Notes: a model not told the origin generated them from the sequence alone. Numbered from the stretch's first letter, positions 50,350-63,000 are shown. The stretch is DNA of 64,000 nucleotides from Haplodiscus bocki (GCA_965655095.1 OZ296649.1:61752001-61816000), one strand, 5' to 3'. Program-made: numbers and translations.

Positions 50350-52905
50350 AAAAAAGCGGAAGCGAAAAAAGTGACAACGAATATTGAGCAATTTCACTGA
50401 CAAATTAAACTTTCAGTTTGATAATTTACTGTTACATGTTGTACGTGGTTCAATGTTTCATACTTGACTTTTTTGAAAAACTCAGCTGTCTCCGAACATG
50501 TTTCTATCAAGAAATTGAGTTGCTTTGCTTATCTTCAATGCAGAGGTTTAGGACTAACAGTCCAGGGCTAAATTAGCAAAAAAAATATGTTAAATAGAGC
50601 TTTTCAGTTTCAAATTTTCTATACTCGACGCTCATATAACCAGTTGAATTATCCATTTGCTAGACCAGTATAAACTGATTCAATAAAATATTTAAAAAGC
50701 TCAACAGTAGAATAGTCATATACATTTATTACATTTAATTTATAAAAAAGTCGTGCAGATGGATAAAAACGAACTCAAAAGAAAATTTGTCATAGTGCCT
50801 TTTTCTCTTTAAAAAATAGTTTTTCAACCTGTTTTTCGAAGTACAGCCAAAAATTACTAGACAATATCCTATAGACGGCCTTACATAATTTTTATAGTAC
50901 CAGAGAAGCGAAAGATTTTTAACATAGTGTCTTTATCGTGATAATACTGAATTTTGTCCTGACATTCTTTCAAACTAACTCAGCATTTGGAACTTAGAGT
51001 TTAAATGTGTATTGTTTAATTTGCCAAGAACTTATACACAATTACTTCGATCAATGCTGGAATATGATAAATGAATCTGCTCGCCGTGATAACTCAAAAA
51101 GTTTTGGTTCCTGTTTGATCGATATTTATAGCGAGTTTTTAGACAGATAATCGTTTCGGGATTTTTACCAAAAAATTATTCAGAAAAAAAACTGATCCTG
51201 ATTTTTACGATGAATAAAATTCGTGTCGGCAGCAAATGAAATTGGGTTGGGAAATTCACATGGACTTGGTAGATCCATGATGTCTATTACAGACAGTAGA
51301 AGCCCCAGAATTGAGCTTTGAGGTGCTCCTAGAAGCAGTTACAGAAAATCCCAAAGTACAACAGTCACACGAACACACTGGTTTCGTTCTTTTAAATATG
51401 ATTCAAACCACATTAAACATGAAAGCGGAAACTTTAAATATATTTTCAGAATCATCATATTTCTTACAAGAGAATCGCAGATTCACGAGAATAACACTGT
51501 GGTCAGTGAAACCGGCCTCAAGTGTACCACAGCCAAGGTTAAGGATGAAATGATTGTGGACTATATGATAAATTAGAGTTGCTGAATCAATAGCATTTCG
51601 TGTTGCAGTTGCTAGTAGTTGCGTCAATCCGTTATACTACAAAAAAGTGAAAATTACCACACAAATTGGTTTATTTCAAGATCAAAATTCATATCGCTTA
51701 CAATAGAAAGTGGGGAGGTCTCTAAATTGGTAATGTCAATTAGTAACAATTTAAGTTCCTTCAATATTAAGAAGTATCCAAAGGAGGAAGGGATGTACCT
51801 GCAAGCTGTTACAAAACACTGGTTGTTCTTCTTCGATGCTTTAAGGATTTTATTTCATGGGTTTGCTCTAGTGCATTCTACCTCATATTTGATGGCTTCT
51901 TTTACATAAACGATTACACCCGTCAACTCTACTGAATCCAGGGCGAAATATCAGAGGCAAGTTCTTGCTCAAGTGTAAACAGTGAAGTTAAGGTACATTT
52001 GATACCCATGCTCCCGATAAACATACAAGAGATGGCTCAAAAATGCCAAAAATTTTCAAATAGAGCTCTAAATTGTCAAAGTTTTTACTAAGTGGGCAAA
52101 AAATGACATGAAAAGTCCGATCATTGCCTTCTCGACTGGTTTCAATATGGTTGCTAAAAATTTTGTTTGGCTCATGTTTTCGTGCAGGATAAGTCGTTTT
52201 AATCGAGAAATGATTTACCGAAAAGGCCCAATCTCGCTGCATACAGAATCAGCAAAGTCGTCGTCTCAATTACGTAAATTAAGAAAATCATTAGAAATGT
52301 GCCTTTTATCGGTAAACATCGTAAAACTACCTTTCCATTGATTATATTAACAATTCCCACGTTGGAGAGCTGACAAAGGGATCTTGGTCATTTTTCCCGC
52401 ACTAGTGGTACACCGTCATTGATGACAATTTTCTTTTCATAACGCGAAGTTTTTTTTATTTCGGACAAAATGTGCATTTAATGGACGTGATCGTGGTATT
52501 CTGGAGGGTAGCCGATGACACACTGATATCTTGTTTGTATATCGTCACTCCGATATCGTTTGCCACCTCTACCACACGATCATACACATCTTCAATCTGC
52601 ACAACCCCAAAAATGCGGATGTTGTCATATGGACCACATTCGAATCCACAAAGTAAACTCGTAATGTCGGAGATATTTGATGGTGGCGATTTTTTGCACT
52701 CTTCAAAACCCGATGCAGCGCAAAAACCACAAAAAAAGGAGCGATCCATGAAGTTTCCTGTTATGAGCTTAGGCAACCATATTGAAGTCCACGCAACACA
52801 ATCTTCGCCGTCTGGACCAGTCCCAGTGCATTGAATGAGATTAATTAACCCATCATTATTGCGTTCGTCTGTCACAGAACTTAGCCGTGCTATGGTGGGC
52901 ATCTT
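50350..52905 (-). mobile_element. Decayed CR1-like LINE (ORF1 + EN + partial RT)
   Basis: ORF1 remnant with Cys cluster and NIRIFGV (52456..52902-), FTDH at ~51500, RP.. at ~50875 and PQG-region remnant at ~50560. Confidence 0.65.
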
Positions 52906-53646
52906 GCATAAATGATATGAAACTATTCAATAAGTTTATCCCAACAATGCCGTTCTGTCACTACCACAGACGCTCTGAACTGCAATAGGATGCACTTTTC
53001 TTTTCATTTCCACAGCCCTGAAAAGGAAAGACAGTCTTGACAAACTACCTCACTGCAAGGCTGTGAACATTCTTGGCCAAGGATGTCACATCTGCTGAAC
53101 AAGAGATAATTCAGGGTTCGAATATTGCTGGGGAACGTGTGTTTGTGCCTCAGGGATCAAGTCTGGGTCCACTCTTATTCTTGGTTTTTATCAACGACCT
53201 GCCAACCCAAGTATCGCACTCAAAAACATTCCTGTATGCCGATGATCTTAAACTTATTCATAACAACCTTCTAGAAATGCAAAATGATATTTAGCACTTT
53301 CTCAGTGGTCTCAGGTAAACAAATTATCATTCAATGCCAAAAAGACACAGCTCATTTCATTCGATTTTTGGTCTCAAAACTACATCACAGATATTCCAGT
53401 TCTTATCTTGGATGACCATGAGATATTTCTTCAAAAAAGCGTGGTTGATCTCGGTCTATCTTTTTAAAGCAACTTAGCTTGGTCAAAACACATATCCGAT
53501 CGTCTAAAAGCATGTTACATTAGAATTATATCCTTAAGAATACGTCTACCGCCACATTTACATAGCCAAATCAAGATCAAGTTGTATAAGACCTATATTT
53601 TAGAATAGAATAGAGTTTTATTGGATCAGTACAAACGACCAATCAA

Positions 53647-56199
53647 CTAAAAATAAAAGTTTCCCAAACTCCTTGCAGGGAAAATATTTGTCAACATGGC
53701 TTTCTGTGTATAGGGAGCTTTTGGCAACCTATTCTGAAGTTTATTCGTGGCGTAGTCACATCGCTTAGGCAGTATCTCATGCAGAATATGGCTTTCGTCA
53801 GAGGTCAATTTCCGCATAAGTTGAGAGTCCTTCTGAGCAATTAGGTCCTTCATTAGTGTATAAGTTGGTATGATATTCAGCCGCACACACCTTCTTTGCA
53901 ACTTGTCCAGTATCTCCAGCAGTCCTTTTGAGCAGCCACCCCAGACCACGCAACAGTAGCTTAATTTTGAAACAATTAAACTCTGGTAGATTACAACAAG
54001 ATCTTTTTGTGGATAACCCATGTGTTTCAATTTGTTCAGCAGGTAAATATCACCAGAAATTCTTTTTTGTAGCGATTTGACGTGATTCTGAAATGTCAGC
54101 TTGTCACCAAATACGACGCCCAAAATGCAGTTTTCATTGGAAGTGGCAATGGTACTGGGAGCAGGGCTGACATTAGTATACTGCAAAACCAAGCTTTTGG
54201 TTTTCTGCTGGTTAAGTATGAAGGTATGGTCCTGACACCAATGGTGAATATGGGAGAGCACCTCATCCGAGAAATCCTTGCCTTGTTTTCCACCACAAAC
54301 GGCATTCGCATCATCAGCGTACTTTATTGTTCTGCAATATTGCATCTCAAATGGTGGAACACTCAAATCGGCATAGCCAACATTGAAGCACACTGGTCCC
54401 AAAACAGTGCCCTGAGGCACACCGCAATTAATCTGAATGATTTCAGAAGTGTCATTCTGATTGCTGACAAATTGTTTTCGCCCATGAAGGAAAGAAGATA
54501 CCAAGTTGCACACTGCAATGGGAATGCCCGGAATTTTACGCATCTGCTGTAGCACAAAATGGTGGGGAATCCTGTCGAAGGCTTTGCTCAGGTCCACCGA
54601 CATAATCCTGGCATAATCGCAGCCATTGGCCTCAAGAACACGACACTCATGAAGTATTCGGAGGAGCGCATACTCAGTGGAGCTTTGCTGCCTGAATCCA
54701 AACTGTAGAGGTTCCAGCCATTTATTGTATGCTCTTTTGATATACTTGGTGTATATCAACCGTTCAAAATGTCTTGCCAGGATCGGCGTAACCGATATCG
54801 GGCGCAAATCGTCTAAAGAGGTCACTTTGCTCTTTTTTGGCAGTGCTCGGATTTTTGCTATTTTGAACAAATCAGGAAACATAGCTTGGCGCAAACACAG
54901 ATTATAGATATGCATCATTGGAAGGGCCAACACGTGAGCGTTGGAGCGGAAAACCCAGTAGGGAAGACCATCATGTCCGACAGCAGACTTCTTGAGATTG
55001 AGTAGCGAGTAATAGACTTCTTGAAGAGTAAACTCCAGTAATTCGTTGCTTTGAACCATTGTAGGACTGACGTAATTGTCAACAGTGGAGATGCTGGCAA
55101 AGTGTTTGTTGATGTCATTGGAATCGAAAAGACTTGTTTGGGTTTCCTTCGATTTTCCACGCTGTTCATTGATGATATTCCACCACTTTCTGGAACCGCG
55201 ATCTCCACGGTTTCTGCTGATATTGTTTCTAATCATTTCGGTAATTTGCTTGGTGATGCTTTCCGCCCTGCGAAAATTGCGCTTCCGGAAAAGCTTGTTA
55301 CGCTTTTTCAGCAAAAACTTGACGAGGGGACTGATATAAAAGGGGTCTTTTGTGCTCAGTTTGACAGTTCTAATGGGACAGAATTGATCGATCAAGATAT
55401 TTAGATCATCAAATAATAGCGATAGGGCCACATTGGGATCCTCGATCTGTTCTATATGGCTGAAATCACAAATGTCCATGGCCCTGTTAAACGAATCTTG
55501 GTTTCGGGGTCGCTGGTCTCTAAACGAGACAAGAGATTTAGCTACGGGCAGGCTAACCCTCGGGCTGGCAATTGTCGCAAGATGATCGCTTTTTGAGAGT
55601 GTTTTGAAGGAGCTTCCATCGTACTGGGCTGAACTACAATAGACATGGTCCAATTGGTGGCCACCCCTTGTTGATCCATGGTACAAGTCCGTTAGACCAA
55701 AGTCTTCAGCAACACATGAAAAATCAAAATCATTGAAATCACCGCATATGATTATTATGGCGTCGCCATAAACTGATAGGAGCTGCACGAGTGTATCAGA
55801 GATATAGGTGGCATATTCAGACTGACGACCAATCTTCGGGGGGTAGTAAAGCACCGCAAACAGAACTGTTGAAACAGCGACATGCTTAAGCCAGAGAACT
55901 TCATACTTGATTTTTGAGGGTACATGTAATTGTTCCAGATCAACAGAGTTCTTATAGAAGGCAGCAACGCCACCGCCTTTACTTTTGGTCGATGAGCAAT
56001 CGCTTCTGTCGTGCCTGCACAGCGAATAGTTCGGAATATACAATAATGAGGAATCGAAATCTGGGGTCAGCCAAGTTTCTGTGAGAAACACAATATCAAT
56101 TCTTTCGTTAACCAGATCACATGTCAACCTCTGTATTGCCTCTCGCTTTTTTATCGATCGAGCATTGAGTAACATTAGTTTCGGCAGCGCCAAGTCTAG
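53647..56199 (-). CDS. LINE-B ORF2p (AP endonuclease + reverse transcriptase), uninterrupted, in frame after the ORF1 TGA
   Basis: LNARS, TETWL, GGGVA, GDFN, SDH; LRPISVT, QFGF, DLSKAFD, GVPQGTVLGP, YADD. Confidence 0.95.
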   Translation of the reverse strand, partial: LDLALPKLMLLNARSIKKREAIQRLTCDLVNERIDIVFLTETWLTPDFDSSLLYIPNYSLCRHDRSDCSSTKSKGGGVAAFYKNSVDLEQLHVPSKIKYEVLWLKHVAVSTVLFAVLYYPPKIGRQSEYATYISDTLVQLLSVYGDAIIIICGDFNDFDFSCVAEDFGLTDLYHGSTRGGHQLDHVYCSSAQYDGSSFKTLSKSDHLATIASPRVSLPVAKSLVSFRDQRPRNQDSFNRAMDICDFSHIEQIEDPNVALSLLFDDLNILIDQFCPIRTVKLSTKDPFYISPLVKFLLKKRNKLFRKRNFRRAESITKQITEMIRNNISRNRGDRGSRKWWNIINEQRGKSKETQTSLFDSNDINKHFASISTVDNYVSPTMVQSNELLEFTLQEVYYSLLNLKKSAVGHDGLPYWVFRSNAHVLALPMMHIYNLCLRQAMFPDLFKIAKIRALPKKSKVTSLDDLRPISVTPILARHFERLIYTKYIKRAYNKWLEPLQFGFRQQSSTEYALLRILHECRVLEANGCDYARIMSVDLSKAFDRIPHHFVLQQMRKIPGIPIAVCNLVSSFLHGRKQFVSNQNDTSEIIQINCGVPQGTVLGPVCFNVGYADLSVPPFEMQYCRTIKYADDANAVCGGKQGKDFSDEVLSHIHHWCQDHTFILNQQKTKSLVLQYTNVSPAPSTIATSNENCILGVVFGDKLTFQNHVKSLQKRISGDIYLLNKLKHMGYPQKDLVVIYQSLIVSKLSYCCVVWGGCSKGLLEILDKLQRRCVRLNIIPTYTLMKDLIAQKDSQLMRKLTSDESHILHEILPKRCDYATNKLQNRLPKAPYTQKAMLTNIFPARSLGNFYF

Positions 56200-56994
56200 T
56201 CAGATTTGGTGCCAAGTGTCGTCAATTTTCTGCTCAAGATGCAAGTTGCGAATTCGCAGGAGCTTTTTGTCGGTGCCAGCCTCAATCAGTTCTTTCCTAC
56301 GCTTGAGGGCAATCTGTTCCATTTTGGATTCTTCAAAAGTGAGCTCATTTGAAACAAACAATTTTGTACCGTAACTTTTCAGCTTGCCGAGGGAAGCAAA
56401 TATTAGCCTTCTGTCCCAGGGATTTTGCACTGAGAACACCAGTGGTCTTGGTTTATTAGGCGTATCATTGCTCTTGCCTAATCGCCTCACATCAGTAACC
56501 TGGCAAGTGACATTGATGTGCTTTAGGAGGGCATCTACTGCACTCTTGTCACGTTCCAAACGCTCACTTTGAGATTGAACATCCGCTGGCTCAGGCAGTC
56601 CTCTTATTCTTATACCACGTTCTTGATGCGGTGGCTTGTGTGGTGGTGCGGACACTTTTTGGGGTCTAGGCATCTCCAAATTACCGTCGCTAGTCAGATC
56701 TTTCAGCGTTGAGACAATAGTCTTTATTTCTAGTACTTCGGTTTCAATTTTCTTAATCGTGTCAACTTTTGGATTCAAATTATCGTCTTTGCAAATGTCG
56801 CAGATGAAGAGAATGTTTTCTGAGTCTAGAAAGGCATAGATCTCACTTGGAAGTCGTGTACAGGTCAGATGATACCACCCAAGACAACCACAGCATTGAA
56901 TCCACTTTCCATTCTTCGCATTCCCAGTTTTCTTGCAGGCACAGCAGTCTTCTCCAGCTGACGTCGAGTCTCCCCGCAATCCTCGAGAAACCAT
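56200..56994 (-). CDS. LINE-B ORF1p (PHD finger + RRM-like domain), 264 aa
   Basis: CCACKK..WIQCCGCLGWYHLTC..FICDIC fits a C4HC3 PHD; IRIRGLPE; RRLGK..KPRPLV. Confidence 0.93.
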   Translation of the reverse strand: MVSRGLRGDSTSAGEDCCACKKTGNAKNGKWIQCCGCLGWYHLTCTRLPSEIYAFLDSENILFICDICKDDNLNPKVDTIKKIETEVLEIKTIVSTLKDLTSDGNLEMPRPQKVSAPPHKPPHQERGIRIRGLPEPADVQSQSERLERDKSAVDALLKHINVTCQVTDVRRLGKSNDTPNKPRPLVFSVQNPWDRRLIFASLGKLKSYGTKLFVSNELTFEESKMEQIALKRRKELIEAGTDKKLLRIRNLHLEQKIDDTWHQI

Positions 56995-57555
56995 TCAATC
57001 TATTTAATAAGTTTATCACAACAATTAGGCTGCCAAAATTACTTTACGGGTCACAAGTTTGGTCCCCGAACCAGAAAGACCTATCTAAATTAGAACAGTT
57101 CCAGAAAAACGTCTCAAAGTGGATATGCAAGGGTGCTACATACAAGACTAGGTTAATCGCGTCTGGTTTACTTCCTATAAATCTCCTGAAAATAAACGAT
57201 CTGCTATTTCTCAACCGAATCCTAAATGGCATGTACGATTTTGATTTTCATAACTTTTTATCGATCACATACCCCTGTGACAGTTTTTACTACAACAACA
57301 GATCTACCCTGAAGCCCGTTCTCAAGGTTAAATCAACTCGTACAAAGCAGGCCGACAATCACTTTCCAGCGAATTGTTCCCCTGTCAAACTGGTTGATGA
57401 AGGAGCACAATCTCGACTCTTTCGATGAGCCTAATATCTTGAAACCTCGAGTGAAACAGCTGTTCAAACGCTTTTTTGCATTAGATGAATATGTTTTATA
57501 ATTTTTAGTTTGCCATATTGTTTAATTTTTAGTCATTACGAAAAGTAATAAAGTC

Positions 57556-57603
<48 letters not shown>

Positions 57604-59010
57604 TAGGAAAATTGGGCTCGCTGTCGACATGTTTGGAGTGACTATTCATAGCGTTGAGAAATTCTTGTCGATTCTCGAAGCGTCGGAAAACAGAAGACTA
57701 GTCAAAGCGTCGGAAGTTTGGACAGTAAACCATTACATGCTTCAAAATTTTTAAGGCTTTGAATTGTGTGCAATTTTTCAACGCTTTGATTATTCGACCC
57801 TTTATTTTTTCGGCGCTTTGAGAATCCGTATTGTTTTGAGGCAATGAATAGCCACTAACGCTGGGAGATCGCAATGGTTTTGAAGCTTTCCTGTTGCTAT
57901 CGTTTCTTTGAAATGATTTTTGCTCTTGTTGTTACGGCTACGTCGCATATAATTTTGCTGTCATTTCAGATTTTTGTGGAACAATGTCTTATTACAAAGA
58001 ATTAAACATTGACAAAAATGCATCGGAGCAGGTAAGTTTTATCTTTGAATATTTAACTGTCCATTGTTGATTGAAATAATTTAGGCTTTAAACTGCCTTG
58101 GCCTTATTTTGTTGTTTTCTATTTATCCTCACGCCAATTGAAAACTTTATGAAGAAAGGCTAAATTTTGATGAAATAGCGCCACTAACAATCAACTCAAA
58201 ACAGTGTAGCAACCGAAATATCAGAGTTATATTAATATTAATGAACGATTCCTTGCTGAGAATACCCATGCTATGTTAGAGGATTTGCACACGTCTATTA
58301 CAGAACACTATATTCTTTCAGTTATAATAAAGAACTTTTACATTTCTGGAGGTAGTGTATTATAACATACATTAACGCATAAAAGTAAGTTTTGAATTTA
58401 TTCTGGCACATTATATAAAATTAAATCAGAAACGTATGCCGAGCACCAGAAAGAGACCCTCCTCTAGGCATACGCCTTATAGGATTGGATGCCTCTGTAA
58501 AAAAGTTAAACTTACTTAGATAGAGATTAAAAATAGTCTAAAGCGATATTCACTCTCAACATTTCTGGCTATACTTTGGCCTCTACGCTTTTGCGATAAA
58601 CATACCGAAATAATTACTGCTTGAGTTTGAAGTTAAACGTAGCGTGTTGTTTTCGGCGTGTCTGAATGTTACTCGGCAAAATCTTCCACAAGGCTACTAC
58701 TCTTTTTAAAAATTGTTTCTCATGTTACCAGAAATAAAATCAGACATATGCACGTTTTTAGTAATTTCTTGTTTTTTGATTCTTTGGTATCTCCTCATTT
58801 TTGAAAATTATATGTCTTGATTTCGTCTCCTTCAAATTGTTTTCTAATATTTTGACTTGCGACCTATTACAACAATCGAAATCCTCATATGGTAGAAACC
58901 TAACGCAGGTGCTAGCTATATGGGTGCGGTAAGAAGGACAGACTACGGCTTCCAGAAATTTTGAGACCAATTTTTTGTTGGGTTCTGGGAGGAGGGGAAA
59001 GTTGCAATGT

Positions 59011-59330
59011 AGAGAGAGAGAGAGAGAGGAAAGACTTAATTCTCATTTAGAGAAACCAAAATAGTATATAACATAAAAACAAGAAAACTTAAATAGAGCA
59101 ACTATTAAGAGATGCTTCTTGATTCACAACAGATCGTACAAGCACAGTTAATAAAAAATGAACAGCTAAAGTTCATGTTAAACCGTTTTTCAAGTAGATA
59201 ATGTTTCACTGAGTTTATGTCGTTATCGAAGAACCCGTTTATGATTCTATGACGCAAAAGATAGTTTGACATTGCTACTGCTCGGGGGAAGAATGTAGAT
59301 TCATGCGTAGTAGTAGTAAAGTCTTTAGGA
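59011..59330 (-). mobile_element. 3' end fragment of another CR1/L2 LINE with an (AG)n/(CT)n tract
   Basis: ESTFFPRAVAMSN...FFINCACTIC C-terminus typical of these ORF2s; microsatellite at 59011-59028. Confidence 0.55.
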
Positions 59331-59399
59331 GTCTGCTCCAGGGGCGTGAGCCCTTCGGTTAGTATTCGGCAAGAGTTCTTTCTGAGGGTTACAACTTCC

Positions 59400-62300
59400 A
59401 CAGGAGCATAACACTCTCCAAGTGCATGGGTCCAGGTCAGTGTAACACCGTAAGAAGTAATTTGTGTTAAGCTGCGTTACATATTCTTTGTTTAGGTCGC
59501 CTTGGCAGTTTTTTTGGACGATATTGATGTTTGAAGCACGAACCCAAAAGATCTAATCAGATTTCCTCAATCGTAGTTTTCGTATTACTATTTTAGGTGC
59601 TCGTCGAGTATCCTAGATGATGCTTGAGCATGGTATTTGACTCTGTATCGTACTTTCCATCCAGAATCGATAATAAAAGAAGCAGGTCATGTATTTCCAA
59701 GTACATGGAATGTGGCAGAATTTTCAGTGAGGTGCTTCTTTGTAGCCAACTGATTCTTGTTATTCATTTGGTAGCCTTTCTATGTACTTTCTCGATGTGT
59801 CGGATATCACTTATTGTTGGATACCAAGTTTCAAAGGCATATGTGAGGACTGGAACTATGTAGCCGATAAAACCACTCAGTTTTGTTAGTGTCGTAGCTT
59901 TGGAGGACTTGTTGCGTTTAAGGAAATGAAACTGTCGCCAAGCCTTGATGATGCGGCGTTCACATTTTTCACTCCATCTCAAGTTTCTTAAGATCATGAC
60001 GCCTAAGTCCTTCTGACAATTTACAATTTGGATTTGACCGTTAACATCGGATTGAACAGGATGATTCCTTTACTGCACTGAATCTTGCTTTTGCCGAGAT
60101 TTAGGTTCATGTGATTGTCTTTCCTCCTTTTTTCAAATTCGCTTGCAAAGTTATTTGCATCTTTGAGTGTTTGTGTGATGACTTTAAAATTGTCAGCATA
60201 GCCATGTACACTCCCAGTGTCGACTACACGCGGAAGATCATTCACATAAACTACGAACATGAGCGGTCCAAGAATGGAGCCCTGCGAGACCCCACGCGTG
60301 ATCAACGGTTCCGTTGAAACTTTCTCCAAACCTAACTCTTTGGACCCTGTTTGTTGCGTGGTTTGCCAGAAGTTTCAACTTCCCACCAATTCCAAAATTG
60401 TGCAATTTGGCTCTTAGTTTTTCGTGAGCTACTTTGTCAAAAGCTTTGGAAAAGTCAATGTGAAGCGTGTGTATTTCTAGCTAGTCTGGGTTTTCCATTC
60501 GGTTGTGAAGGTCATTCAAGTAAAACAGTAGTTGCAGGACATCTGATCGTCTTTAGCGGAAATAAAATTGTGCCGGGTGCAGCATCTCCTTAATGTGGTG
60601 ATAAAGATGATTGAACACGCTCAAGGACTTCGAAAACATTTGCTAGTGAGCTGAATGGCCTATACTGTGCATTTTTTTGCTATGTCCCCTTCCTTGTGGA
60701 TTGGAGTAACATGACTCTTTTCACTGGGTGGGGTAGATAACTCTGTTTAGGGAAGTTTGAAAGATGAGTCTCAACGATTTCGCCAAACTTACGCATTTTT
60801 TAGGATGATATTGCCGATGTTGTCGTGACCGCAGGCTTTCCTTGCTTCCGGGGATATGAGGACTTTTTGACTTTCTTTTTCGCCAAATCTAAGAAAGTTG
60901 AGTTCTGTCAAGGTATAGTCGCTTGCTTCAGAGGAAAGTTTGCGCTCCGAGAAGACGCTGCTGAGGAATTTAATAAATTGTTCATTTATATCTTTGTCAT
61001 CAAATGCTTTGGTGCTGTTGGTTCCTTCAACCAAAAACATTTCGTTCGGTAGCTGTCCGTTCTTATGCAGCGATTTAAGGTATATTTGCAGCTCCCCATT
61101 CGCCTGTTGGCAGAGACTTTCTCTTCAAAAGCGGTTTTATCGTCCAGAAGCTTGGCCGCGAATACTTTTTTTGCTCTGATAATTTTGATTAATAGCGACA
61201 GCTTTTTGTTCTCGTATTTGGCGTTCCATCTGATGAGAGGTCCCTGTTGTGACCCAGGGGGATGGGAGTTTCAACGATGTTGCGTGATTTTCAGGAAGTG
61301 TCGGAAAATGAGATCGTTCAATATGTACCATTGCCTTATAGTCTCGTTTACATTGCTCTGACAGTATGGTCGGAACGGTCTCTCGAGTATGTGCTGGTTA
61401 AACGTTTCCCAGTCTATCTTTTCGAACGCATATTCCATTTTGGGAGGTAGGTTACCAAATTTTGTTCCGGAGTAGATTGTGGTTCGATAAGCGTGTTGAT
61501 GTGAGCAGCTTTTGCCCCCGATTGAGTAGGCCTTCTCCGTTGTCAAGTCTACTGTCGCGTTTTCAGCAGCTTTGGGATGTTTGGTGAGAATTATATCTAA
61601 GTTTCCCTTGCGCGTGCAGGGCAATTATTGGATGAGTCCCAGGCATTGGAGATGTTCTAGGATCGTTGATTCATGTAGATCATCGGATGTGTTGCTTTCC
61701 CAGGTTGTTTTGAGAAAACTTAGATCTCCCGTAATTCTAATCGGATCGGCTTTCAGTTTGCTGAGTTTCTCCGGCTGTTGATCCAACTGGGAAGCGTTTA
61801 CCCAATAGGGACTGCCTTCAGCTGGTTATAAGTACAACAAATGACTATTCGGGAATTTTTGGTGAGAATCTCGATGGTTACGCATTCAACTTGGGTATCT
61901 ATTTGTAAGCTGTTCTGTCTGAAGTCTCTAATAGCAACCAAGACCCCATCATGTTTGGTGTTCAGATCGCTGGAGCGGTCTCGGTGTATGATGCATTCGG
62001 GTGCGAATAGGGCTCGATCAGGAATTTCGGATGTGAGACATGATTCACTGAGACAGATGATATCAGAATCGGCTGTTGCTATCTGGTTTGCAAGGAAAAG
62101 GCGTCGTTTGATGTCGATTAGGCTCCTCACGTTCATAGTGGGGAACTTAGTTTTTGTCTTTGTTGTTAGTCATTGTTGGGGTGGGTTTGGATTCCCATCC
62201 ACGTTTGTCCATTTGTCGTTCTCCTTCTGTTTGAGTTTCAACTTGCGTATCCGAAGTTTTCTTTGCTTCAGTGCCGTTGTTTATCATGTCTTTTCAATTC

Positions 62301-63000
62301 ATGATTGCTTCGTTTTCAAGTTTTTGTTCATCCGGTGTCAGCTCTCGACTGAAGTAAACTCTATGCTCATAGGTAGCCAGTTTTTGCGCTGATGGAAGCA
62401 TGAACCGACGATGCCCCTGATTTGCCAGTTTGAGAATGATTGTGCGGTGGTTCTAGTTTTCTTTCTCGTACGTGGCCTTTCTCCCGATATCGTCAGTTTT
62501 GACGTCTTTGTTTTTCAGATGAGTCAGAATGGACTCAACGGCCTTGACGTCTTGTTCGAATCGTTCCCTGCCTTTTCGACAGATGAGCTCAGGAATACCA
62601 CGAAGTCTGATAGCATCGTATGATTCCGGAGGTCCTTTTTGTCTGCTTTGCGTTTTACTTCTGTCTTCTTGAGCTGCAGGTTCGACAGGAAAGACTTTTT
62701 CTGCTTAACTTCAGCTTGGAGTGATGCCATCTGCTCCTTTAGCTCGAACACAGTGTTTGCGATCACAAATGTGGGCATCTTGCTTTTCCTCATGTTCTTC
62801 TAAGACCTGTTCGATTTGATAAGCTTGTGTTGTCCAATCGTGATGGTACTCTGCGTCACTACTCTGTAGCCAAAACGCTAGAAACTGTAATTCATGAGAC
62901 TTTCCCTTCATTTTACCTTTACTGAATTTAAGAATAAGATCGAAAGTTTTTTTCTGGTCTTTCACTTTGGGTGCTTGTCGTCTCTTTTTCCGGGTTTGAG
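59400..63000 (-). mobile_element. Decayed near full-length CR1/L2 LINE (LINE-C)
   Basis: ORF1 end KLRIRKLKL..PPQQ* at 62170; MNVRS, LSESCL, DGVLVA; KACGHDNI; GVSQGSILGPLMF..VNDLP..YADN. Confidence 0.85.

Larger units (their letters stand above)
53601..57030 (-). mobile_element. Intact compact CR1/L2-group LINE (LINE-B, 3430 bp)
   Basis: 36-bp 5' UTR, intact ORF1 and ORF2, AATAAA plus (TATTC)n tail at 53601-53620; clean insertion with at most a 1-bp TSD. Confidence 0.93.
53140..57601 (+). mobile_element. 5'-truncated CR1/L2 LINE (53140-53600 + 57031-57601) split by LINE-B; (TACA)n tail
   Basis: VPQGSSLGPLLF..INDLP..YADD. The frame YKTYI/LPKLLYGSQVWSP rejoins when 53601-57030 is removed. AATAAA is followed by (taca)n at 57557-57601. 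Confidence 0.88.

Noticed and set aside
54082-56839. Plus-strand ORFs overlapping LINE-B (and those overlapping the CRE element)
   Set aside because: Antisense shadows of long coding frames with no independent motifs.
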